Positions 9,547-19,356 of a DNA stretch of 64,000 nucleotides are shown in pieces. Position 1 is the stretch's first letter. Each line of letters opens with the position of its first letter. The stretch is taken from NCBI GenBank assembly GCA_021813365.1, contig JAKALB010000003.1, positions 360 to 64,359 on the forward strand, given 5' to 3'. Made by a program: the position numbers and the translations under genes. The notes under the pieces were generated by a model, which saw only the letters and a program-made list of their open reading frames with translations, had not been told where the DNA came from and did no database searches. Origin of the DNA: Pseudomonadota bacterium (lineage in GTDB: Bacteria; Pseudomonadota; Alphaproteobacteria; Rhodobacterales; Rhodobacteraceae).

Positions 9547-9761
9547 ATGGGGGGCTTGCGCGCCCCCCATACCCCTGCGGGATATTTTTCCCAAGTTGAA
9601 GATCACGCGACCTCAATCCGCATCTTGCCTCGCAGCGCCGAGGTTCGGGAGGTCTTCATGATTTCATTCCGGGTCAGCCATTCTCGCTTTCGCCGGATGA
9701 CCGCGGCCCATTCAACTTGGCGCAAATATCCCACGGGGGTCTGGGGGTGTGAAACCCCCAG
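9547..9761. repeat. Second inverted pair of the same REP/MITE-like element with 110-bp spacer
   Basis: gggatatttttcccaagttgaa (9579-9600) and ttcaacttggcgcaaatatccc (9711-9732), each with an outer GGGGG-n-CCCCC hairpin; between convergent hisE and CoA-binding gene. Confidence 0.85.
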
Positions 9762-9848
9762 CCACCGGGCCGGTCGCGCGCCAGCGCAGGGGCGCGGGGA
9801 GCGGTTGCCGCAGGCGCTGGCGGTTCGCGGACAGGTTGATGAGGCTCA

Positions 9849-10268
9849 TCAAAGGCCGAGGCGCGGGATCTCGATGGCGGGGCAGCGGTTCATCACCACC
9901 TGAAGGCCGGCGGCCTCGGCGCGGGCGGCGGCTGCTTCATTGACGACGCCCAGTTGCATCCAGATCACCTTCAGGCCGCGCAGGTGGGACAGGGCCTCAT
10001 CCACCACGGGGCCCACCTCGGCGCTGCGGCGGAAGATGTCGACCATGTCGACCTCGTCGCTGATCTCGGACAGGCTGGCCCGCACCACCTCACCCCAGGG
10101 CGTGGTCACGCCGGCCTGGCCCGGATTGACCGGTATCACCCGATAGCCCCGCCCTGAAAGGTAGGCGGCGACACCATGGCTGGGCCGGTCAGCCCTGGGC
10201 GACCAGCCGACCAGGGCGATGGTCTTCACCGATTTCAGGATATCGCGGATCGCGGGGTCACTGGGCAT
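9849..10268 (-). CDS. CoA-binding protein (YccU-like)
   Basis: Start MPSDPAIRDIL; IALVGWS, GYRVIPVNPG, VDMVDIFR, IWMQLG, VMNRCP motifs. Confidence 0.9.
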   Translation of the reverse strand: MPSDPAIRDILKSVKTIALVGWSPRADRPSHGVAAYLSGRGYRVIPVNPGQAGVTTPWGEVVRASLSEISDEVDMVDIFRRSAEVGPVVDEALSHLRGLKVIWMQLGVVNEAAAARAEAAGLQVVMNRCPAIEIPRLGL

Positions 10269-10281
10269 GATCTCACCCAAG

Positions 10282-10314
10282 AAAAAGGCGCCCGCGGCCT
10301 TGGCCCGGGCGCCC
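10282..10314 (-). terminator. Intrinsic terminator downstream of rlmB, ending 14 nt before the CoA-binding gene start
   Basis: Minus strand GGCGCCCG-GGCC-AA-GGCC-G-CGGGCGCC followed by TTTTT. Confidence 0.75.
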
Positions 10315-10429
10315 AGTGCGGAACGAGGGACAGTGAACGGAAGGAGCGGGAGTTCCAGGCCCACCCTTCCCGTCAGAGATGGGTCGCGCGCGACGGATTT
10401 CCAGTCCTGCACGCACAAACGTGAACACT

Positions 10430-11218
10430 CTAGCGTTGCGAAGCGGCATAAAGTCCCACTGCCGCCGCATTGGAGACGTTCAGCGAGCCGAATTCGCCGG
10501 CAGAGGCAATGCGGGCGATCACGTCGCAAGTCTCGCGGGTTTTCTCGCGCAGGCCCGGACCCTCGGCACCCAGCACCAGCGCTACCGCGCGGCCGGGGCC
10601 GATCTCGGACAGCGCCTGACGCAGGTCCACCGTGCCGGTGCCGTCCAGCCCCACCAGGGTAAAGCCCATGGCGCGCAGGTCGACCATCGCCTCGCTGAGG
10701 TTCGTGACCCTCAGATAGGGCTGGCGTTCCAGCGCGCCCGAAGCCGCCTTGGCCAGCGCACCGGTTTCGGGCGCCGAATGGTGCCTGGGCGCCACCACGG
10801 CCCGGGCCCCGAACACTTCGGCCGAACGCAGGATGGCGCCCACGTTGTGCGGATCGGTCACGCGGTCGAGGCAGACGACGAGCGGCAGGCCCGGGCCCGC
10901 GGCGCAGATATCCCTGAAATGGCCCCAGTTCAGCGGCTTTGCCTCGAGCGCGGCACCCTGGTGGACCGAGCCTTCGTCGATCGGCACCTGGAACCGGCGG
11001 GGATCAACGATTTCGGGCGTGATGCCTGCCACGGCGATCGCCTCTTCCAGCTTGTCGGCGGCGTTCCTGGTCAGCACCAGGCGCAGCTTTTCGCGCGCCG
11101 GATTCATCAGCGCATCGCGCACCGCATGCAGGCCGAACAGCCAGACCGTCTCACGCGCCTCGGCACGTCTGGCCCGTTCCTTTTCGACCACCCAGTCCGG
11201 CTTGGTATTGCCTGCCAC
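10430..11218 (-). CDS. rlmB: 23S rRNA (guanosine-2'-O)-methyltransferase RlmB (TrmH family)
   Basis: GTG start (MAGNTKPDWV); LFGLHAV, HQG, LDRVTDPHNVGAILRS, LGAEGPG, SLNVSNAAA SPOUT motifs. Confidence 0.93.
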   Translation of the reverse strand: MAGNTKPDWVVEKERARRAEARETVWLFGLHAVRDALMNPAREKLRLVLTRNAADKLEEAIAVAGITPEIVDPRRFQVPIDEGSVHQGAALEAKPLNWGHFRDICAAGPGLPLVVCLDRVTDPHNVGAILRSAEVFGARAVVAPRHHSAPETGALAKAASGALERQPYLRVTNLSEAMVDLRAMGFTLVGLDGTGTVDLRQALSEIGPGRAVALVLGAEGPGLREKTRETCDVIARIASAGEFGSLNVSNAAAVGLYAASQR

Positions 11219-11408
11219 TTCGGCCCCCGTTTTGACCTGATGTGCAGAAATCCCCCGGCGCTTGCAAGCGCGAAAGCCGCAGCGACCTGCCATTTTCATC
11301 CCGGTTTGCACCGCGAATTGCGCCCTGCGGATGTGCCGCCGGGGGAAAGCTGCCGGTGATGTGCCCCCCTTGACGCCCCCGCGGGGCTTGGCTATTCCCC
11401 GCCGCAGT

Positions 11409-11492
11409 GGGCGACATGCTACAAGGTGTGGCAGCGGACTGTAACTCCGCCGAGGCGACTCATGCCTGGTTCGATTCCAGGGTCGCCCACCA
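11409..11492 (+). tRNA. tRNA-Tyr(GTA)
   Basis: Acceptor GGGCGAC/GTCGCCC, anticodon arm GCGGA-CTGTAAC-TCCGC, long variable arm, GGTTCGATTCC T-loop, encoded CCA end. Confidence 0.95.
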
Positions 11493-11735
11493 TTCTGTGA
11501 AATGCGACGCAACCCGATGTCGCCGTGGCGAGGCCCGCGGCGGATCTGCGCGGCCCCGCCTGGGCGGGCCCTGCCCCACCCCTCTGACGCAACGTTTCCG
11601 CGGGCGCGGCGGACGATGCACCGGACCGCAAGGCCCGGTCCGATCCGATCGGCAGGGTCGGCGCCAGCGAGCCGCTTCCGCGTTGCGCCTTGTCGCAGGG
11701 CATGGCATGCACGATTGGCGCAAGAGGATCGGGCC

Positions 11736-12749
11736 ATGGTCACGCTGAAACAGATCGCCAATGCCGTCGGCGTCAGCCAGGCCACGGTCAGCCGTGTGCT
11801 GAACTTTGACGCGACGCTGTCGGTGTCACCCCAGACCCGGCAGGCGATCATCGAAACCGCCGAGGCGATGAACTATGCCACGCCGCGCGCAAGGCAGAGG
11901 GCGCGGGCGGCAACGCCTGCCAAGATCGCCCTGGTGCATTTCCTGCGCCCCGAATCCGAACTGGCCGACCCCTACTATGTCGGCCTGCGCCTGGGCATCG
12001 AACGCCGATGCGCCGCCCTGCAGGTCGAAACGGTAAAGGTCTACCACTCGGAAACCGGCCCCGACCCGAAACTGCTGGGCCAGTGTTCGGGCACGATCGT
12101 CATCGGCGTGCACGAGGAATCCGAGATTGCCCAGTTGAAGGGTCTGTCGCGCCACCTGGTCTGTGCCGATTTCACCCCCGGCGATGACGAGATCGATGCG
12201 GTGGAAAGCGACCTGCGCTCGGCCATGCGCAAGCTGCTGACATCGCTGACCGCGGCCGGCTACCGGCGCATCGGCTTTGTCGGCTGGTGGGACCATGATC
12301 GCCAGGGCCGGGTCAAGAACCGCGAGAAGCGTTGTCAGGCCTATATCGACTGGATGCAGGACCGTGGCCTTCATGACCCGGAAATCTGTCTGGCGGACTG
12401 GAACACCGAAGAATCGGGCTATCGGTTGACCCAGGCGGTGCTGTCGCGGCCTGACCGACCCGACGCGCTGATCTGCGGCAATGACAACATGGCCGTCGGC
12501 GCCTATCGCGCGATCCACGAACTGGGGCTGAAGATTCCCGACGATATTGCGGTGGCCAGTTTCAACGACATCTCGGTGGCGCAATTCCTGAGCCCGCCCC
12601 TTTCGACCGTGCATCTGCCCTCCGAGGAGATCGGCGAGACCGCGGTCGATCTGCTGATGGAGCGCATTTCCGGCCGGCAGGTGGCAAAGCGTTCGATCCT
12701 GACGGCCCGGATGATCTGGCGCGGATCGACCCGCCCGATCCCGGCCTGA
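11736..12749 (+). CDS. LacI-family transcriptional regulator (EbgR/LacR-like)
   Basis: MVTLKQIANAVGVSQATVSRVLN HTH; periplasmic-binding-type C-terminus (PPLSTV). Confidence 0.93.
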   Translation: MVTLKQIANAVGVSQATVSRVLNFDATLSVSPQTRQAIIETAEAMNYATPRARQRARAATPAKIALVHFLRPESELADPYYVGLRLGIERRCAALQVETVKVYHSETGPDPKLLGQCSGTIVIGVHEESEIAQLKGLSRHLVCADFTPGDDEIDAVESDLRSAMRKLLTSLTAAGYRRIGFVGWWDHDRQGRVKNREKRCQAYIDWMQDRGLHDPEICLADWNTEESGYRLTQAVLSRPDRPDALICGNDNMAVGAYRAIHELGLKIPDDIAVASFNDISVAQFLSPPLSTVHLPSEEIGETAVDLLMERISGRQVAKRSILTARMIWRGSTRPIPA

Positions 12750-12822
12750 TCCCGGCCCGCGCCATCCTTCGCCATCATGCCGCCCCGGCGCCATGCTGCG
12801 CCCGCCTTGCTGCGTCGCGGCG

Positions 12823-12860
12823 AATAAAATTTTACTAAAATCTTGCGCGGCAATTTTACT
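12823..12860. promoter_or_regulatory. Probable LacI-type operator(s) upstream of the sugar ABC operon
   Basis: AT-rich near-palindrome AATAAAATTTTACT(AAAA) at 12823-12840 plus second half-site CAATTTTACT at 12851-12860, in an otherwise very GC-rich region. Confidence 0.6.
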
Positions 12861-12915
12861 TGGCTTACCCTTGCCGGATCGGGGCCGGGGAGAGGCCCCG
12901 CAACGGGAGGATTAC

Positions 12916-14187
12916 ATGAAGCACTTCACCTTCAGCTGGCGCAAAGGCCTGTTGGCCGCCGCCGGAATTCAGCTCTTGACCGCGACCATGGCTCTGGCCA
13001 CGGAAGTGACCGTCTGGTGCTGGGCGCCCGAATTCAACGGGGCCGCCATGAACGAGGCCATCGCGCGCTACACCGCCAGCCATCCGGACGTGAAGATCAC
13101 GGTCGTCGATTTTGCCAAGGGCGACCTGGAACAGAAATTGCAGACCCAGCTGGCCTCGGGCCAGACGGAGGGTCTGCCGGACATCGTTCTGATCGAGGAT
13201 TACGGCGCCCAGAAATACCTCTTGTCCTTCCCCGGCGCGTTCGAGCCGCTGACCGACAAGATCGACTACTCGCAGTTCGCCGATTACAAGGTGGCGCTGG
13301 CCACGGTGGACGGCCAGACCTATTCGCTGCCGTTCGACTCGGGCGCTTCGGGTCTGTTCTATCGCTCGGACCTGCTGGCCGAGGCCGGCTATGACGCCGC
13401 CGCGCTGCAGGACGTGACCTGGGATCAGATCATCGAGATCGGCAAGGCCGTGAAGGCCAAGACCGGCAAGCCGCTGTTCTCGATCGACCAGAATGACGCG
13501 GGTGCGATCCGCATCATGATGCAGTCGGCCGGGTCCTGGTATTTCAACCCCGACGGCAGCGTGCACATCAAGGACAACCCGGTGTTCAAGGCCGCGCTGA
13601 CCACCTGGGTGAAGATGCTGCAAACCCCGGACCTCTACAAGCAGGTCTCGGGCTGGGGCGATTACACCGGTGCCTTCAACAACGGCGATGTGGCGGCCGT
13701 GTTCACCGGTGTCTGGATGACCGGCGGCATCAAGAACAACAACATGCCCGGCAAGTGGGCCGTGGCGCCCACGCCCAAGCTGGATGGCGTGGACGGGGCG
13801 ACGCATTATTCCAACCTGGGCGGATCGTCCTGGTATGTGCTGTCCTCGGCCCCGTCCAAGGATGCGGCCATCGACTTCCTGAAGACAATCTGGGCAGGTG
13901 ACGTGGATTTCTACCAGAAGATCCTGGTCGGCCAGGGGGCGTTCTCGTCCTACCTGCCGGCGCGCAATGGCCCGGCCTATTCCGCCACCGATGATTACTT
14001 TGGCGGTCAGGCGGTCTGGGCCAACTTCTCGGACTGGCAGGCGAAGATTCCGGGCGTGAACTACGGGATCTTCACGAACGAGGCCGATGCGGCCGTCGTG
14101 ACCCAGCTGCCGGGCCTGGTGGCCGGCGGCGACATCGATGCGGCGATCGAGGCGATCGACGCGCAGGTGGCCGCGCAAATCCAGTAA
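12916..14187 (+). CDS. Sugar ABC transporter substrate-binding protein (lactose/beta-galactoside, LacE-like)
   Basis: GGGAGG RBS, signal peptide, VWCW, LPDIV, YSLPFDSG, YRSDLL, NLGGSSW motifs. Confidence 0.9.
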   Translation: MKHFTFSWRKGLLAAAGIQLLTATMALATEVTVWCWAPEFNGAAMNEAIARYTASHPDVKITVVDFAKGDLEQKLQTQLASGQTEGLPDIVLIEDYGAQKYLLSFPGAFEPLTDKIDYSQFADYKVALATVDGQTYSLPFDSGASGLFYRSDLLAEAGYDAAALQDVTWDQIIEIGKAVKAKTGKPLFSIDQNDAGAIRIMMQSAGSWYFNPDGSVHIKDNPVFKAALTTWVKMLQTPDLYKQVSGWGDYTGAFNNGDVAAVFTGVWMTGGIKNNNMPGKWAVAPTPKLDGVDGATHYSNLGGSSWYVLSSAPSKDAAIDFLKTIWAGDVDFYQKILVGQGAFSSYLPARNGPAYSATDDYFGGQAVWANFSDWQAKIPGVNYGIFTNEADAAVVTQLPGLVAGGDIDAAIEAIDAQVAAQIQ

Positions 14188-14213
14188 GGCGCGCCTCGCG
14201 GCTTGCGAAACCT

Positions 14214-14244
14214 GTCCCATCCCGGTCACTTGCCGGGATGGGAC
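14214..14244. other. Perfect 12-bp stem-loop after the binding-protein gene (probable mRNA stabiliser/attenuator)
   Basis: gtcccatcccgg-tcacttg-ccgggatgggac. Confidence 0.6.
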
Positions 14245-14331
14245 GCGCCGGAGGGCGCAGGGGCAACCCGGGCCGAGCGGGCCGGGGCCGCGGCGTTGCT
14301 TGTCAGATGATCCGGAACGAGGAGATTGCGC

Positions 14332-15225
14332 ATGGCCATGACCAGCGTCACCAGACAGGAAAACCGGGCAGGCTGGGCCTTCATCATGCCGGCTCTGGTG
14401 CTTCTGGGCCTGTTCATGGTCTATCCGATCCTGTGGTCGCTGTGGATGAGTTTGCAGACCGGCAAGGGGATGAACCTCCACTTCGGCGGCTTCGCCAACA
14501 TCATCCGCCTGACCAAGGATCCTGTGTTCCAGCACGCGCTGTCGAACACGCTGATCTTCCTGGTGGTTCAGGTGCCGATCATGATCGTGCTGGCGCTGCT
14601 GTTCGCCGTGGCGCTGAACAATCCGCGCCTGAAAGGCCGCGCCATCCTGCGCACCGCGATCTTCCTGCCCTGCGTCACCTCGCTGGTGGCCTATTCGGTG
14701 CTGTTCAAGTCGATGTTCGCCGTGGATGGCGTGGTCAACGACACGCTGATGTTCCTGCACATCATCCGGCAGCCGATCGGCTGGATGATCGACCCGTTCT
14801 GGGCCAAGGTGCTGATCATCCTGGCGATCACCTGGCGCTGGACCGGCTACAACATGGTCTTCTACCTGGCCGCGCTGCAGAACATCGACCCCTCGATCTA
14901 CGAGGCCGCACGGATCGATGGCGTGCCGCCTCGCGCCCGGTTCTTCCGGCTGACGATACCGATGCTGAAGCCGGTGATCCTGTTCACCACGGTGCTTTCG
15001 ACCATCGGCACGCTGCAACTGTTCGACGAGGTGAACACCATCACCGCCAGCGCCGGCGTGGGCGGCGCGCCCGCTGACGCCACGCTGACCTTGTCGCTCT
15101 ACATCTACAACCTGACCTTCCGCTTCATGCCGACCTATGGCTATGCCGCCACCGTGTCGTGGCTGATCGTGATCATGGTCGGCATCCTGTCATGGATCCA
15201 GTTTCAGGTGGCCAAGGAGCGCTAG
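14332..15225 (+). CDS. Sugar ABC permease (LacF-like)
   Basis: Hydrophobic segments, WRWTGYNM, EAARIDG loop. Confidence 0.92.
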   Translation: MAMTSVTRQENRAGWAFIMPALVLLGLFMVYPILWSLWMSLQTGKGMNLHFGGFANIIRLTKDPVFQHALSNTLIFLVVQVPIMIVLALLFAVALNNPRLKGRAILRTAIFLPCVTSLVAYSVLFKSMFAVDGVVNDTLMFLHIIRQPIGWMIDPFWAKVLIILAITWRWTGYNMVFYLAALQNIDPSIYEAARIDGVPPRARFFRLTIPMLKPVILFTTVLSTIGTLQLFDEVNTITASAGVGGAPADATLTLSLYIYNLTFRFMPTYGYAATVSWLIVIMVGILSWIQFQVAKER

Positions 15226-15226
15226 G

Positions 15227-16045
15227 ATGAGCAAGACCCTCGCCTGGCTGTCCAGCCTGCTGATCCAGGGCGCGCTGTGGCTGGCCGCCTTCATCTCGGT
15301 CTTTCCGTTCTACTGGATGATCGCCGGCGCCACCAACACCGCCAATGACATCACCGGCGGCAAGATCAGCTTCGGCAGCCACCTGATCGAGAACATCACC
15401 AAGTTCTTCACCCTGGTCGACGCCCCGCGCGTCTTTGCCAATTCGTTCTTCGTGGCAATCACCGGCACGGTGCTGACGCTGATCGTCACCTCGCTTGCGG
15501 GATACGGGTTCGAGATCTTCCGTTCCCGCACCCGCGACCGGATCTTCGGCGGGCTGCTGTTCCTGCTGTCCGTGCCCTTCGCCGCGCTGATGATCCCGCT
15601 CTTCGTGATGTTTTCCAAGGCCGGGCTGGCCAACACCTTTGCCGCCGTCCTGCTGCCCGGGATCGCCGCGATCTTCATGATCTTCTACTTCCGCCAGTCG
15701 ACCCGCGCCTTTCCGCACGAGTTGCGCGATGCGGCCCGGATCGACGGGCTGAAGGAATGGCAGATCTTCGCCTATATCTACGTTCCGGTCATGCGCTCGA
15801 CCTATGCCGCCGCGATGATCATCGTCTTCATGACGAACTGGAACGCCTATCTCTGGCCGCTGATCGTGTTGCAGACCAACGAGATGAAGACGATCACCCT
15901 GGTCGTCGCGTCTCTCGCCAGTGCCTACACGCCCGATTACGGGCTGATCATGGTGGCCAATGTGCTGGCCACCCTTCCGACCATCCTGGTCTTCTTCCTT
16001 CTCCAGCGCCGGTTTGTCGAAGGCATGCTCGGCGGCGTCAAGTAA
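15227..16045 (+). CDS. Sugar ABC permease (LacG-like)
   Basis: FPFYWM, DAARIDG, WNAYLWPL motifs. Confidence 0.92.
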   Translation: MSKTLAWLSSLLIQGALWLAAFISVFPFYWMIAGATNTANDITGGKISFGSHLIENITKFFTLVDAPRVFANSFFVAITGTVLTLIVTSLAGYGFEIFRSRTRDRIFGGLLFLLSVPFAALMIPLFVMFSKAGLANTFAAVLLPGIAAIFMIFYFRQSTRAFPHELRDAARIDGLKEWQIFAYIYVPVMRSTYAAAMIIVFMTNWNAYLWPLIVLQTNEMKTITLVVASLASAYTPDYGLIMVANVLATLPTILVFFLLQRRFVEGMLGGVK

Positions 16046-16054
16046 GGCTTACAC

Positions 16055-18250
16055 ATGCGCATTCGATCCGATTTCAACGATGACTGGCTGTTCGAAGGCC
16101 GCGACCGGGTGCGCCTGCCGCACACGGCTGTGGAATTGCCCTTCAGCTATTTCGACGAGGGCAGCTATCAGCGCCGGTTCACCTATGAACGGTCGATCAC
16201 GCCCGAACCTGCCTGGGCCGGGCGCGAAGTCTGCCTGGTCTTCGATGGCGCGATGGCCAATGCCGTGGTGCGGCTGAACGGAGAGGTCGTGGCCACACAT
16301 CCCGATGGCTATACCCCCTTCATCGCCCGCCTGACCGACGGGCTGAAGCCTGGCGTGAACCATCTGACCGTTGTGGTCGACGGCACGGAAAACCCCGCCA
16401 TCCCGCCCTTCGGCCATGTGATCGATTACCTGACCTATGCCGGGCTCTACCGCGAATGCTGGCTGGAAGTGCGGGCGCCCATCTCGATCGAGAGGGTGAA
16501 GATCGAAACGCCCGAAGTCCTGTCTCCGACCAGGCGTCTGCTGGCGCGGGTGATGCTGGACAATCCCCAGGGGCGGACGCTGACCGGCAAGGTCACGGCC
16601 CGGCTGAGGGATCCCGGGGGTCATGTGATCGCGCAGGCCGAAGCCGCCGTCACCCGGGCCGAGGTGCGCATCGAGATGACCGGGCTGGACGTGCGGCTGT
16701 GGTCGCCGGAAAGCCCGGCGCTCTACACTCTGGACCTGGTGCTGGAGGCGCCCGGCGGCCGGGACAATCTGAGCCAGAGCTTCGGCTTCCGCGAGGTCAG
16801 CTTCACCGCCGCCGGCTTTGCACTGAACGGCAAGCCGATCAAGCTGCGCGGACTGAACCGGCACCAGAGCTTTCCCTATGCCGGCTATGCCCTGGGCCGC
16901 GCCGCCCAGATCCGCGATGCGGAAATCCTGAAACACGAGCTGCGGGTCAACATGGTCCGCACCAGCCATTATCCGCAGTCGACCGATTTTCTTGACGCCT
17001 GCGACCGGCTGGGCCTGCTGGTGTTCGAGGAAATTCCCGGCTGGCAGCACATCGGCGACAGGGCCTGGCAGGATGCCAGCGTGGAAAACCTGCGTGCCAT
17101 GATCACGCGGGACTGGAACCACCCCAGCATCGTCATCTGGGGTGTGCGGATCAACGAAAGCCAGGACAATCACGACTTCTACGCCCGCACCAATGCCCTG
17201 GCGCACGAACTGGACAGCACCCGACCCACCGGCGGCGTGCGTTACATCACCGACAGCGAACTGCTGGAAGACGTCTATACGATGAACGATTTCATCCTGG
17301 GCAACGAGGAGCAGGGCGGCAACCGCCCCCGCACTCCGCTGCGCCCGCAGATGGAAGTCACCGGACTGGATCATGCCGTGCCCTACATGATCACCGAATT
17401 CGGCGGGCACATGTACCCCACGAAAAGCTGGGACCAGGAACAGCGCCAGGCCGAACATGTCACGCGGCACCTCGAAGTGCTGAACGCGATGTACGGCGAT
17501 CCGCAGATCGCGGGCGCCATCGGCTGGTGCGCCTTCGACTACAACACCCACAAGGATTTCGGTTCGGGCGACCGCATCTGCCACCATGGCGTGATGGACA
17601 TGTTCCGCGAACCGAAATTCGCGGCTTATGTCTATGCCAGCCAGTCCGACCCGGCCGAGGGAGTCATCCTGAAACCGGTGACGTTCTGGGCGCGCGGCGA
17701 GCGCAACATCGGCGGCGTTTTGCCGCTGATCATCCTGACCAACTGTGACGAGGTCGAACTGCGCTATGGCTCGCATCCGCCCAAGCGCGTCGGGCCGGAT
17801 CGTGAACGTTATCCGCATCTGCCGCATCCGCCGGTGATCCTGGACCAGCGCCATTTCAGCAAGGACGAGCTGGGCCTGTGGGGGATGACCTGGGAACATG
17901 CCGAGGTGACGGGCTATGTGAATGGCCAGGCCGTCGCCCGGCTGCGTTTTGCCGCCGACCCGGTGGCAACCACGCTGCAGGTCACGCCGGACGCCACCGA
18001 GATCGGCGCCCATGACGCGGTGCGCATCATGGTCCGCGCACTGGACCAGGTGGGCAACAAGCTGCCGTTCTTCCCCGAACCGGTCTCGATCACCGTCACC
18101 GGCGCCGGGCGCCGGATCGGACCGGGCTTTGTGCCCCTGCGGGCGGGGTCCACCGGCTTCTGGGTGCAGGCCCAGGGCCGTGGCGACATCACGGTCACCG
18201 TCACCTCGGACCGTCTTGGCGCCCAGGTGCTGCAACTGAAGGCGGAGTGA
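16055..18250 (+). CDS. lacZ: GH2 beta-galactosidase
   Basis: GLNRHQ, VRTSHYPQ, WGVRINES acid/base motif, ITEFGGH nucleophile motif, GWCAFDYNT. Confidence 0.9.
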   Translation: MRIRSDFNDDWLFEGRDRVRLPHTAVELPFSYFDEGSYQRRFTYERSITPEPAWAGREVCLVFDGAMANAVVRLNGEVVATHPDGYTPFIARLTDGLKPGVNHLTVVVDGTENPAIPPFGHVIDYLTYAGLYRECWLEVRAPISIERVKIETPEVLSPTRRLLARVMLDNPQGRTLTGKVTARLRDPGGHVIAQAEAAVTRAEVRIEMTGLDVRLWSPESPALYTLDLVLEAPGGRDNLSQSFGFREVSFTAAGFALNGKPIKLRGLNRHQSFPYAGYALGRAAQIRDAEILKHELRVNMVRTSHYPQSTDFLDACDRLGLLVFEEIPGWQHIGDRAWQDASVENLRAMITRDWNHPSIVIWGVRINESQDNHDFYARTNALAHELDSTRPTGGVRYITDSELLEDVYTMNDFILGNEEQGGNRPRTPLRPQMEVTGLDHAVPYMITEFGGHMYPTKSWDQEQRQAEHVTRHLEVLNAMYGDPQIAGAIGWCAFDYNTHKDFGSGDRICHHGVMDMFREPKFAAYVYASQSDPAEGVILKPVTFWARGERNIGGVLPLIILTNCDEVELRYGSHPPKRVGPDRERYPHLPHPPVILDQRHFSKDELGLWGMTWEHAEVTGYVNGQAVARLRFAADPVATTLQVTPDATEIGAHDAVRIMVRALDQVGNKLPFFPEPVSITVTGAGRRIGPGFVPLRAGSTGFWVQAQGRGDITVTVTSDRLGAQVLQLKAE

Positions 18251-18253
18251 GCG

Positions 18254-19324
18254 ATGGGCGGTCTGACACTGAAGGATATCCGCAAGACCTATGGCGCGGT
18301 CGAAGTGATCAAGGGCGTGAACCTGGAGATCGCGCCGCAGGAATTCGTGGTCTTCGTCGGTCCGTCGGGCTGTGGCAAGTCCACGCTGCTGCGCATGATC
18401 GCCGGGCTGGAGGAAATCAGCGGCGGCGACCTGACGATCGGCGGCCGGCGGATGAACGAGGTCGACGCCAGCCAGCGCGGCATCGCGATGGTCTTCCAGT
18501 CCTATGCGCTTTACCCGCACATGACGGTGCGGGAGAACATGGGCCTTGCGCTGAAATTCGCCGGCCTGCCGGCGTCCGAGATCGCCCGGCGGGTCGACAC
18601 CGCCGCCGCGATCCTGGGCCTGCAGGCCTTGATGGATCGCCGCCCGCGCGATCTGTCGGGCGGCCAGCGGCAGCGGGTGGCGATCGGCCGCGCCATCGTG
18701 CGCAATCCGCAGGTATTCCTGTTCGACGAGCCGCTGTCGAACCTGGATGCCGAGTTGCGCGTGCACATGCGGATCGAAATCGCCCGCCTGCACAAGGAGT
18801 TGAAGGCCACGATCATCTATGTCACCCACGACCAGGTCGAGGCGATGACCCTGGCCGACAAGATCGTCGTGCTGCGCGAAGGCCGGGTGGAACAGGTCGG
18901 CAGGCCGCTGGATCTCTATGACGACCCCGACAACCTGTTTGTTGCGGGATTCATCGGCAGCCCGAAGATGAACTTCCTGAAAGCCCAGGTTTCGGGCGGC
19001 CGGCTGGTGCTGCCGGAATTCGCGGGCCAGACCCTGCCCCTGCCGCCGCTGCGCTCGGCGCCCGACGACGGCGCCGAGTTGACCCTGGGCCTGCGTCCCG
19101 AACTGTTCCGTCGGGGCGGCGAGGCCGGGCTGGAGTTGATGATCGAGATCGTCGAGCACCTGGGCGACGAGACCTTTGCCTATGCCACGCCCGGCCGGGG
19201 CGGTCCGGTGCTGACGCTGGCCATGGGCGAGGGGCGCGACCTGTCGCCCGGCCAGCGGCTGACCGCCCGGTTCGATGCGACCCGTGCCATGCTGTTCGAC
19301 ACCCGGGGCCAGCGGCTGCGGTAG
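18254..19324 (+). CDS. Sugar ABC ATP-binding protein (LacK/MalK-like)
   Basis: GPSGCGKST, LSGGQRQRV, FLFDEPLSNLD, YVTHDQVEAM. Confidence 0.95.
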   Translation: MGGLTLKDIRKTYGAVEVIKGVNLEIAPQEFVVFVGPSGCGKSTLLRMIAGLEEISGGDLTIGGRRMNEVDASQRGIAMVFQSYALYPHMTVRENMGLALKFAGLPASEIARRVDTAAAILGLQALMDRRPRDLSGGQRQRVAIGRAIVRNPQVFLFDEPLSNLDAELRVHMRIEIARLHKELKATIIYVTHDQVEAMTLADKIVVLREGRVEQVGRPLDLYDDPDNLFVAGFIGSPKMNFLKAQVSGGRLVLPEFAGQTLPLPPLRSAPDDGAELTLGLRPELFRRGGEAGLELMIEIVEHLGDETFAYATPGRGGPVLTLAMGEGRDLSPGQRLTARFDATRAMLFDTRGQRLR

Positions 19325-19343
19325 GGCTGCGGTAGGGCTGCGG
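19314..19343. repeat. 11-bp tandem repeat (ggctgcggtag x2.7) spanning the ABC ATPase stop codon
   Basis: ggctgcggtag at 19314-19324 and 19325-19335, partial copy 19336-19343. Confidence 0.85.
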
Positions 19344-19356
19344 CGGGCGCCGCGAC

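Noticed and set aside
9547-9903. 118-aa ORF spanning the repeat cassette
   Set aside because: Built from repeat arms and the antisense of the CoA-binding gene; no RBS or protein-like composition
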